Positions 1 to 12,437 of a stretch of 64,000 bases of DNA are shown one piece after another (the first letter of the stretch is position 1; each line of letters opens with the position of its first letter). The DNA lies in the NCBI GenBank assembly GCA_965153355.1, contig OZ231126.1, positions 38,440,001-38,504,000 of the forward strand. The letters are read 5' to 3'. The notes beneath the pieces were generated by a model that was not told where the DNA came from, did no database searches, and saw only the letters and a program-made list of their open reading frames with translations. The DNA is from Flaccisagitta enflata (Eukaryota). Both the position numbers and the translations under genes were made by a program.

Positions 1-123
1 GCCGCGGGAGAGGAACTAGCGGGAGCTGGAGTAGCGCTGAAGCAGATAAAAGGTTCTTCGCTGGATTTGGGCTGGATTTGGGCTGGCCACAGGCTGTCCA
101 TACCTCCATCATGGTCTTTGCAG
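1..123 (+). CDS. Possible upstream exon of the membrane-protein gene (partial at window edge)
   Basis: GC-richer, stop-free in frame 3 (RGRGTSGSW...IMVFA) and ends at CAG|GTACAA in phase 1, which matches the phase-1 acceptor at 1035. The donor is only moderate. Confidence 0.3.
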
Positions 124-1035
124 GTACAAAGAATTTAGTTAAAAAATTCAAACGTCGGTCGTCCATCCCTCTTCTAAAAATGGTTACAGGCAAATTTTAA
201 ATTACCACCTGTCCCTATCCATTTAACAAGTAGTCAATAAGTAGTCGCTTGCAGGTCGGCAGGGGCAGTAATTTGGGTGGGCAGGGGCAGTTTGTGGTTG
301 AGCGGGTGCAATAATGTGACTGGGCAGGGGCCTTAATGCTCAACAATTGCCATTACAGCCTATTTCGCACCTTTGATTTTCGCGTTATGGATCTTCCTCC
401 CTTCCAACTAAGGGACACACTATCTTTTAGAGTCACTTAGCAAGGGACTAAAAAGCGTACTAATGAGCTCAAGTTTATCCTCGCGAAACATGGCTGCCCG
501 AGCCTTGAATTAATCCTTTTTAGCGCCGACTGCGCTTTCTTTGACGTTAAGATACTCAAACACCATTTTTCTTGCCCATACTTTTTTTGGCAGCGGCCCC
601 AAAGGGCCAATGTCCTTTTAAACACAGGGGCAAAATTTGTATGTTTGTACCGTCTTTCCATCCCCCCTTGAGGCTTAAAGCTCTTTGCGGTCAGATACCA
701 GCCCAATTAGGCCTGAAATGAGCTCTCTCAGGCCTGAGATGAGCTCTCTCTGGCCTGAAATCAGCCCTTTCAGGCCTGAATTTAGCTGTCTTAGGTCTGA
801 AATTAGTTCCTCCAGACCTGAAATCATTCTTTGAGGCTTCAAATTTGCCTCCTCAGGATGTCTTGAAATTCACCCCTGTGTTCTACTAAACATTTGCCCT
901 TTAGAGCCACTGTCCTGCTCTTACTCTACTTCATCACTTAATAATTACTAGCAGAGCATCGGTTACCTCTGACCATGTGCAATCCTTGGAAGGTTTAGTT
1001 CTTGTCATTTCATCATCCCATTTTTGTTTCAACAG

Positions 1036-3185
1036 GAGAGGATAAACAGTGTTTACCGACTGAAAACTCAATCAATGCAACGGGAAATTGGTTGCTTGGA
1101 GAATCAAAGCGTGGCATTGACAATAATCTAGATGCGCCGTTGCCTCCCATAATAAAGGCAACACTATACTCATTAGAATCATTCGAGGCGACCGGGACAG
1201 ACTGCCAATGCGAACTTAAAAAGGTAGACGATTATATTCCAGAAATTAAATGCTCTTGGCCAATCGATCTCAATGATAGCTTCAAGTATGTCTCAGTGGC
1301 TTCGTCTACATTTTCCATCGCTCATGCTATCCTCAGTTACGGCTACAAAGAAATTGTTTACGACCATCTTTCCAGCAAAAAACGTATCTTGTTTCAAGGT
1401 TTCGGATTGTTAAATTTGATGTATGGTATGACGGTTGGTGTTTATCAAGTGTATATTGCTGGAATGACCAAAACTCCTTGGTTTTTCCTGCTCGTTTTCC
1501 CGCTTATTTTGCGCATGGCCCCCATCAATGTTTGGTACCGAATCTTTTCTGAAATTTTTCCTATACTAAAGAGCGTCAGATACTTTTCCTGCCTACCAAC
1601 GAGGTTCAAAACGGGGGTAATGGTTTGCTCGCTATTCTGGTTCGCAGGGTTGACACTGGGTCTGAACTGTCTGGCTGATTTACTGAGGAAATTATCTCGT
1701 GATGTACACGGCAAAGCCACCAGCTTCCCTTTCGAGTCTGTCTTTCCATCCATTGATCTACCCACCAAATGCATCGGTATGGAACAAAGGGAGTTGTTCG
1801 AATGTTTCCAGTTTCGTGGTTGGATTGATGAATCTATGGGAAGAAATCTACTCGAAAGAGCGTATCCCAAATATTTTGTGACTGCAACCAAACCCGACAT
1901 TCGTAATTTTGACGAGAAGGATTTTGATCGCGTCATGGATGGCATGACTTACTTTGAAAACCTCGTCCCCAGTTTGCGAATAATGTTCGGGAATTATTGG
2001 CTGTGGGACCTGATTTTCGCCAAAAGCAAAGATTTTCTATTCATCGATTTCGTTTTGGTGTTCATTTTTGAGCAGTTCCTCCTTCTGTCGGCGACCATCT
2101 CCCTAAAGGAAAAAGTCGCGACTTTCCTGATTTTGACGCTGCAGATTTCGCCGCTGCCGGTGTTGTATCGGAGAGACGAGGCGAATATCATTGGCGCGAC
2201 TCTGGCGCTGATGGTAGCGGCATTTGCCGTCATGACCGTCGTCATTACCGTTGGCTTTTCTCGTGGAAGAAATGGTCTTTCGTCAATGGCACATTCTTTC
2301 TTGAAATGGAGTTGTCTTTTTTCCTTCATTCTCATTCCGTTTTACTCATACGTAGAATCGTTTTATGCTTACCAAAATTTCCGTCAGACATTCGCGGAAT
2401 TTCGAGATTTTTGTCTGGTTTCTGAGAATCAGCGTGAGGATGTGATGTACATGGAAGCGCGGCAGTTCATCTTTTATGGACCCTTCTTGTCGCCGAGCCA
2501 ATTGGAATTCATCGATTCATTGAAATCGTTGGAAATCATGTTGTTCAAAGCCAATTATTTCAGCGTATTTTGCGCTATTTTCGGTCCCATTTTGTGGGTG
2601 GCAGCTTCTATTCCGCTACTTTCAATGGTCGCTGTAAGCGTATTCACTAGTGCGAGGTTCAGGCGAAGCGGTAATGTCTGGTTTCACGCCTTTTTCATCG
2701 CGTCCACGTTGGGGACATCGCTTTATCTGACAAAGATGAAGCCGCGTCATGTCGAGGTTTGGGACTGGCCGAGTCTTAAAAATCTAGAATTGAAGTACTT
2801 CCGATTCGAACTGAACTTGATATTCAAACTTTATGGTATTGATTTGGAAACGAAGCACCCTACTAATCAAGAGGAAATGCATTTCGCTCTTAACGAAGTT
2901 GATCTTGAAACGATCAACTCGACGGTTCGAGAAGCGATGCTCTACCAAGTCCGAAACAGGCTCGGACCCATAATTCACGACATCAATGGTTTAAATGGGT
3001 GCGGATTCTTATCCTTCAACGTACCTCACGCCTTTTATTTGTCGATCGTTTCTGGCGCGTTCTTCGATCTTCGAGTGCAGTATATAGCTTTGAGTTTATT
3101 CCGAGGCTACCCAGACATGTATTTTCTAGTCCTCATTCCATGCTCCATTTTGTTGGGCACATACTTCTTTGTGTGCAAATCCTGA
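1036..3185 (+). CDS. Large (probably terminal) coding exon of an uncharacterised multi-pass membrane protein
   Basis: Stop-free frame of more than 700 codons with non-repetitive composition and many hydrophobic segments. It is preceded by a pyrimidine-rich acceptor TTTTTGTTTCAACAG (AG 1034-1035, phase 1); the ORF-track start at 1002 is a TTG inside the likely intron. AATAAA at 3340-3345. Confidence 0.7.
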
Positions 3186-3648
3186 TTAGTTTTGGTGTCG
3201 GGCATGGAAAAATGTCAAGGAATCCTCTGATTCATTGTCGCTGTAGACTGTTCCACATTATGTCCCGTTCTTCCATGCCCAGGCGGAGATGGATTGGGCT
3301 TTTGCATTTGCGCAAATTTCCATTTGATACTTTTCAAATAATAAAACATTTTTTTTGTAATTAATTTTTTTTCCTCTGGAGCAAGAAAATGAAAGCTATG
3401 AACGGGAGATTTTCAACAATCTTGTAACATAAACATGATGCATCCCTCACAAACTATACTATCGTACCAATAAAGGCGGCTCTCGCCGACCGGAAAAAAG
3501 TCGTAAATGGGAGTCTTTTTTTTCATTGCATCTTGTTTTTGTTATTCAATCTGTCTCTCTGCGTCTCTTTTTTGGTCTTCCTTTGTCTTTTAGTGTGTGC
3601 GTGTGTGCTTGCGTGTGTGTGTGTCTCTCTCTCTTTCTCTCTCTCTCA

Positions 3649-3679
<31 letters not shown>

Positions 3680-5029
3680 GGGGGAGTGTGAGTCTCTCTC
3701 TGTCTTTTTCTTTCTCTTTCCCTTTCTATTTTCTTTCTCTCTCACTCTCTCTCTTTCTCTCTCTCAAGCAGAATAAAATGCAAAAGCTAGCGTCATAAAA
3801 CTCAGGGTCAATTTGTGTAACATCCTGACTCTTCTGTACTGTTACATAGAGGCCAAAAAATAGGATCAATGAAAAATCTCGATTTTCGCAAAAATGCGAA
3901 AAAATAAAAAACGATTAAAAAATTCATAGCGCCAAAACTAATGATCGTAGAGACTTCTGGTTGGCGCCATTTGAAAGAGAAAAATTAGCTCTTTCTTAGC
4001 TGTGAATATCAAAAAATGTATACTCCCAGCCCCAAAACTGCCCAACTTGCTAAAATTGCCTCAAACCGAAAATGGAAAACTTTATTTCTCCCCTACATTT
4101 CAAAAAGTCGAATTACGTAATTCGACTTTTTTCCAATGATCTTTTCTTAGATATTGATAAAATTCTAATTTCTATGCTAATTATATTCTAATCTTTTGTA
4201 CTGTCTTTGGTCCTGTAATTGTGAACGTGAGAACTGTAAATGAAAGTACATTGTAAAGTGTGGCTAGTGATGCGGGAGTAAGTATATGTGAAATGGCAAG
4301 ATAAGTAAAAAAGCATTGCAATGTTAGTCACGGGTATGTTTGGCTTACTAAAACAATCATCTGTCCCTAGTACCTGCCTCCCAATTTGTCATTTTCTATA
4401 ATTGCTCAAGTTATACAACACGCTTTGAATTGCTACGGACCACGAAAGTACTTCATCTTTTAAACCTTTGTCTCTGGCCTCTTTTCGCTTGACGTCATCC
4501 ACTATATGTACACTAATATGCGTGTAAATTTCGATATATTTGCTGGTTTCTGAAGAGCGCGCATTCTGTAAGAAACCCCCTTGATGAAGGCTATAGAATA
4601 AGGAGGTGAACCTCTTCCTACGGTCCTTTTTTCAAAAGGATAACTCCTCCCTCACACCCACCATCCAACCGGGCTCACGGTAAAAAATGAATGAATTTTC
4701 CTTTTTCCCGATCCCGACCTCTACCTCAACCTTCCTTTTCGTTTTATTGATTTATCCAAACAATTGCATATCATTGGTCGCGTGCACGCAAGTCTATAAC
4801 TTCTTTTTATCTCTTCCTGTCGGTCGCTTCGTCTGTTGGTCCATTCAATTCATGAAGGTCGAATCATTTTAGGTCATTCTAATCATTTTTGAGATTGTTG
4901 AGGTCAGTAAAGCCACTCATGAGATCAATCAAGATAAATCAGAATTTTAGGATGCGATCATGCGTGCTTACGACTTTTAAGGTGGTCACCAGCCGCTTTG
5001 TCAGTCTATCGGAAATTCTGTATACTTTA

Positions 5030-6790
<1,761 letters not shown>

Positions 6791-8338
6791 TCCTGCCTTC
6801 TCTTTAGCCTCTTCCTCTGATCCCTCACATTCTTCTTTTTTGGGGCGTCCTCGCGTCCCTTTTAAAACGGGTGAGACGGTAGTGAGGTCTGTAGGTCTGT
6901 GGGTAGTGGTAGGACCGGTAGGTACTTAAGTATATCGTTAATTCTTTCTTCCAAGACGACATTAAGAGGATTTTATCCTCATTTCTTCATCTCTTATCTC
7001 TAACTTTGCAAATAATACATAAAAAATCATCTATCCTATGGCAATATGGGTACGCATCTTTTCTACATCTCGTAGACCCGTTCTCCTCTCATTTTCTTCA
7101 CTCATCAAGCTGCCTGTTTAAACTTCCTCTCATCCATACATAAAAAGAATAAGGCTCTCCACTAAATTTCAAGTAGTCACAAATGGTTATGGAGGGTTTT
7201 AGTCAAACCAGGTGATAAAACCTTGTCAAATATCTGTCAGATTTTGAACGATCAATCAATAGCCCTCATTGAAAATCTTGAAGGCGCGACCGAAAAGTCG
7301 CTCGCCATCGTAACGGAGGGAGAAAGATCAACAGCTGTAAAATTTCGTTCATAACAAATATATTTTAATATCGCGAATTCAAGGTGTTGAGCTTTTCCCT
7401 TTCAAGTACGCAAAAGAATGCCGTAAAGGCGATCGCGAGGCGAGAAAAAGTTCCTAGCCTGTTTTGACAGGTTTTTCTTCGGAATTATAGGTCACGTTTC
7501 AAACGGTACGCGGTTGTGTAGGTCAGTCTGTTGCCCGATTTGTACAACTTACCGTCAATTAGTGGCGCTACGGCTTTGACGGGTAATGATTTTTCTATCC
7601 CCTCCCAGTGTACTTCTACGGCTGTATAAGTAGTATACTAGTATACTAACTCACCAACGCTTCTCTACGCTTGGGACAGATTAACGGCATATAAATGGAC
7701 ATGGTCGCTTACCCACAGACTCTTACAAAAGCGTGTAAAATCAGATCCGAATTGGGAAAGAACTGGATAAACTATAACCCATCCATGGTTGCATTACTTG
7801 CCCGTTATGAAGCTGAGTTACATTATAGAGCGAAAATGTTTGCGGTTTACCAATGAGGAAAGAAAAGACAATAAATTACTCAAGCATTCGTCGATCATAG
7901 GAAAATATATTTCTTGCACGACGGTGCCATATAAGCATGAAAAGTGGAACAATATCCCTGTACTTCGGACTCATTATAGCTGATTATGAAGTATTAAATT
8001 AGATGTCTTAGTTAATTGGGTACAATTTATGCAATGACTAAAGATAGTTTGAACACATATTACGTTTGTCAGGGTGCGTAAAAAGGCCAATATTGATCCT
8101 CGCCTGGCAATTTTTTTTTTCTTTACAAAAATTCTTTCAGATGAACTATAGCGCGATTTTCAAATCAGTCAAGAACCATCATTTGGGTGACTTTGAAATA
8201 TCCGAAGATCTGTAAGAGAGAGACAGAATTTGGATGATAGATATTTAGATTCCAATGATGATTCAATGCAATCTTTAACCTCACCCTAAAGATGGTTCCT
8301 GATTCATTTGAAAGTCGCGCAATGGCTTAATTGAAAGC

Positions 8339-8543
8339 ATTTTTAGTCGCGTGCACGCGACTCTACAACCCGCTTTGTCCGTCCGTCCGTCGGTCGGTCC
8401 GTCAAACTTTATTTTTTTTATTTTTTCGGCGTTTACGGGCGTTTACTGCATTACTGCTCCTGCCCAAATACACGGTTAGGCTTTTTTATCACTTCTCCTG
8501 CCCACCAGCGAACGACAAAGGTAGCCGTGTATCCAGCCTTGTT
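8339..8543 (+). mobile_element. Short interspersed non-autonomous repeat, family A (Helentron/HINE-like)
   Basis: Starts TTTTTAGTCGCGTGCACGCGACT (palindrome), has a (GTCC/GTCG)n tract and ends GTGTATCCRGCCTTGTT. Related copies at about 8925-9056(-), 24297-24500(-), 26764-27700(-, interrupted), 27838-28045(-), 34015-34170, 44461-44610, 48118-48274(-), 50170-50343(-) and 63575-63665. The class is inferred from structure. Confidence 0.65.
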
Positions 8544-10306
8544 GAATATACCTTCGGCTTTTTACGACTTGTAGAGAATTTAGTTTTCCTTTTTGGGCAG
8601 TGGGCCGTAGCTTATGCTTTTCCCTCTTCTCCGTTGCCCCCTGATATAAATCCTTGGGTCAAGGCCCAAGTCCCAGCTTCAACGTTTCATTCCAATTCAT
8701 AAAAGTTAAAACCAAAATACTAGCCTCAAGCGGGAATGGCAAGAGGGGGGTGCACCCTCATACAATATGGGGGCCTGGGCACCAGGGGGGCCCGGGAAGG
8801 ACCCTTAAGATGGGAAAGAGGAGAATTAAAAAAAAAAAAAGAAAAAAAAAAGAAAAGAAAGAAAAAAAAACAGAAGAACAAAAAAAAAAATTCAAAGCAA
8901 AAACTTGATGATTGGAAATTAACACATCCGGATACACGGCAATCCAGTCGCGGATGGTTGGGCAGGAGCTGAAAAGCAAAACCGCTCGCAAATTTAGAAA
9001 TATTTTGGACGGACCTACCGACGGACTGACGGACCGTCCGACACGGCGACTAAAAACTGAATGTTTAAAAAAATGGGGGGGGGGGACGGGTGGGCCAGTG
9101 GGGGAGGCCAGTGGGGGGGCATCGATTCTCGCGCCGTCTCTGGCCTCAAGGCCAGAATTTCAGTCAAAAAGCTCAATAAAATCTCCTACATTTACAATTT
9201 TTTCCTACGACCAAAGCTGTCTTTATTGGTAGAATCTACTTGTGAAATGTTATTCCTGATTCCTGAATTAAGATTCAATAGGAGTTCTAAACGACACTCG
9301 AAACTGGGGTCGACTAAGAGCTCTAACAAAATCAGGCAGGAAAATGCAGAAACATCAAAATTATAAACGCCATACTTCCCGTTGAGCTGAAATAAGGTGT
9401 TGATACCCTTCAGTTAAAATTTCATCACACTAGCCCGACTATGTAAAAATTTAGTTTCCATGTTTTGTTTTTTTTTTTACATCCGCATTTTTTATGCCTA
9501 TTTTTGTGAGAGATGTTAACGGCTTTAGTAACGGATAAGCATAAAAATCGCTAAGACGCGCGAGGCATGATTATCTCCACAACAACAAGAATAATCAACA
9601 TTCACAGGTCTAATGTGTACAAATGAACATATAACCTTCAAATTTCAAAACACACACACAGCATTATCAACGTCACCGTTACATGAGAAATTCCTTGAGA
9701 GCCGATGTCGATGCCTGAGATCGGAAACATCTGGCAGAAACCGAAGGCTGACCAAAGAAAAGACAAGGACGCGACAGTGACGTGGAAAAGTGAAAACCGA
9801 TTAAAACCGGGATTCCGGGAATTTACCAATTTGTAAATAATCGCAGGCAACTGTGGGATCAATTTGAAGAAAGTTGCGCAAAAGCTCTTTTGCTAGCTAA
9901 TTAGTTAAACAAATGAAAGAAAAAATATCTCAAAGAAAAAAGAATCTCCATTCTCCAACCAACCGACCGTCGAACTCATCTCTAGAGACTGAGGAATAGT
10001 TTGACTGGCTTTTAGTCTTTTTGCTAATCTATGTCTAGTCAATAAACCATGGTATTGACCGCTATGATTGGTATTTTTTTTCAGCCTGAAAACAATTAAC
10101 AAGCGTCAACATTGGAGGGGTGCTGCTCCTGAACGATTGTACCTAACAACCTCAAATTGGTCTCCTTTTAGAAAATTAAAATGGGACTCATCCTGTTATT
10201 GTTGTTTTGTCTTGGAGCTAAGACTAAGAGCCGCAATTGCAAGCAGTTTTAGGCATTACTGTCCGTGCCCAACCATCCGCGACTGTCTCGCCGTGTATCC
10301 GGCCTT

Positions 10307-10897
10307 GTTTTTGGGCAGCGGCCCCGAAGGGGTCGATGACCTATGCTTTCACACATATGGGGGATTTTCTCCTTCTTCTTCTCCTCCTACGTCCCCCCCC
10401 CTCAAATCCCAGTCTCGAGGCCCAAATTCCAGTCTCGAGGCCCAAATCCCAGTCTCGAGGCCCAAATCCCAGCCTCAAGGCCCAAATTCTGGCCTCAAGG
10501 CTTAAATCCTAGCCTGGAGGCCAAGATTTCAGTCTTGAAGCCCAAATCTCAGCCTCAACGTCAAAATCTCAGCCAAGAGGCCCAGATCCCGGCCTTGAGG
10601 CCCAAATCTCAGCCTCCAGGCTAGGATTTAGGCCTTGAGGCTAGGATTTGGGCCTTGAGGCTGGGATTTGGGCCTCGAGACTGGGATTTGGGCCTCGAGA
10701 CTGGAATTTGGGCCTCGAGACTGGGATTTGAGGGGGGGGGGGATGGAGGAGGAGGAGGTGGAGATAATCCATATGTGTGAAAGCATAGGTCATCGACCCC
10801 TTCGGGGCCGCTGCCCTGCTCCCCCCTCAACTTCAACCACAACCTACTTAGGCAGGGCACGGGTACCGCTGACCATCTAACGCTTTTGCGACTATTT
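10307..10897 (+). mobile_element. Short interspersed non-autonomous repeat, family B, with 48-bp subterminal inverted repeats and an internal 21-bp tandem repeat
   Basis: GGGCAGCGGCCCCGAAGGGGTCGATGACCTATGCTTTCACACATATGG at 10313-10360 is inverted at 10769-10816. The internal CCCAAATCCCAGTCTCGAGG-type units flip orientation midway, and the flanks are T-rich. Related copies at about 583-995, 8590-8740, 49060-49680(-), 59006-59520 and 63668-64000. Confidence 0.7.
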
Positions 10898-11145
10898 TTT
10901 TTTCTAAGTTATTATCATCAATTCCTCAAACAAAATCGTACCAAAGTGAATGATCGTGAGATCGTGAGAGATCGGAACACCCAAGTCGATGCTCCCACCC
11001 GCGCCGGGAATTACAACGTAGCAAATCGGGGATCGGGGCGGAGAAGTTAGTAATAATGCCAATTGCCAAACCGATTTCTAAACGCGTAAAAAAACGCGGA
11101 TTGGAAACGGAGAGAAAAATCGATTTGAGGGGGTTGGGGGCAGTG

Positions 11146-11206
<61 letters not shown>

Positions 11207-11718
11207 GGTTGGTGCCTGGGCGTCACTTTATTTGTCAGTCAGACTCAATGTCTGTTTTCCTGTCAGTTTGTCTAACTTGTATCGATTACTTGGATGACAG
11301 AAGTAGGCACCAACCATTTTGAGATCATCTGTCCGTCTATCTCTTTGGTCGTCCGATCATCCGACCGTTCACCCACTCATTCAAAGTTACGATTTGCCGT
11401 GGGCATTGTCTTTGCCTATTTCTCCTTGTTTTCCTTTTCCTCTCAGTCTTACTCATTCTTTCTCATTAATTAAGCTGCGATTTTTTACGTTTTCTGTGGC
11501 ATTTGAAATCTTCGATGATCCGTTGTGATCCGGTCTTCCAAAGTTGTTGTTATCCGGCTCTTATAGTTGTGATCCGGTAATTATTTTCCACTACCAGATG
11601 TCGATCGCTGTGAGAATCTCCACATTCCCCACCATCTCCAGGTCAAGAAGCGCTCGATCGGACGCATTCGACTCCGCGGATCCGGAGAATAGGAGGGGCT
11701 CTCTCGCCATCGAAAATC

Positions 11719-11870
11719 CAAGATGGCGTCCGCTCGACTGCAGAGTGGAGGAAATCGAGGAAGAAGGAGAGAGATCTTCGATCGACGGAGGAAGGGGAGG
11801 AACGCGCGCGCGCGCCGGAAGCGCTGACTTCCGGTTGAGAATTGATGAACTATATCTTCTCAACCGCTTA
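11719..11870 (+). promoter_or_regulatory. Candidate LTR promoter elements (YY1-like CAAGATGGCG, paired ETS-like CCGGAAG/ACTTCCGG, inverted repeat CGGTTGAGAA..TTCTCAACCG)
   Basis: Motif matches in the CpG-rich half of the LTR; the same motifs are retained in the diverged solo LTR at 30910-31697. Confidence 0.4.
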
Positions 11871-12129
11871 GAGGAGGAAAGACTTCGACCCCTCTATCGA
11901 ATTCCCACGACGTGACGAGTCTGTTTATTATTGTTTCATTGCTGCCAAATAATTTCAAATCTCGTGATGTTTTGACTCATTTTGCTATTTCCAGGTTAAG
12001 TAAAAGTAGCTTCCTGACTTTCTTTCTGACATTCGATTACACGATCTCAGTTAAAGACTCGATTTTTGATGCTTTTTCCCCGACTTCCCTGCCCTGCGCC
12101 TAGATTGGAAACCGTTAGACAACATCCGT

Positions 12130-12229
12130 GTAAGTCCTTGACCTTTTATCATTTTGGCGCCATATAGAAGTATCCTTCATTGATGTACAGAGCTTGTCTT
12201 AACTTTTTCCTTTTTTCTCTGTCCGTCAG
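12130..12229 (+). other. Putative 100-nt intron inside the LTR
   Basis: GTAAGT donor at 12130-12135, and a polypyrimidine tract plus CAG ending at 12229. Both are conserved in the 3' LTR and the solo LTR. Confidence 0.55.
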
Positions 12230-12393
12230 GATTCCACGAATAGACTGATTTCGTGGACAACTTGACCGCTCATCTCAACAATTCGTCCTAAGCGGGTGTG
12301 CGTTCCAAATCTTTAGCGCAGCTACGCAGTGGAGTCAGTTCTCGCGATTACGCATCAGGAGCTTGCTAAGAAACTAGACGCTAAACGCTCTCA

Positions 12394-12405
12394 ATTCGTG
12401 GAATC
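12394..12405 (+). promoter_or_regulatory. Non-tRNA primer-binding site, complementary to LTR nt 12230-12241
   Basis: ATTCGTGGAATC immediately follows the LTR-terminal CA and is the exact reverse complement of GATTCCACGAAT at 12230-12241. Confidence 0.7.
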
Positions 12406-12437
12406 AAAAACCATCAACGATCCACGCAACGTCAACG

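Larger units (their letters stand above)
11609..12393 (+). repeat. 5' LTR (785 bp)
   Basis: TGTGAGAATC...CGCTCTCA; direct repeat of 23318-24103. Confidence 0.95.

Noticed and set aside
11544-11915. Duplicated 100-120 aa ORF (also 23313-23624)
   Set aside because: It lies in the GC-rich part of the LTR, its start codons are outside the LTR boundary, and the frame is not kept in the solo LTR.
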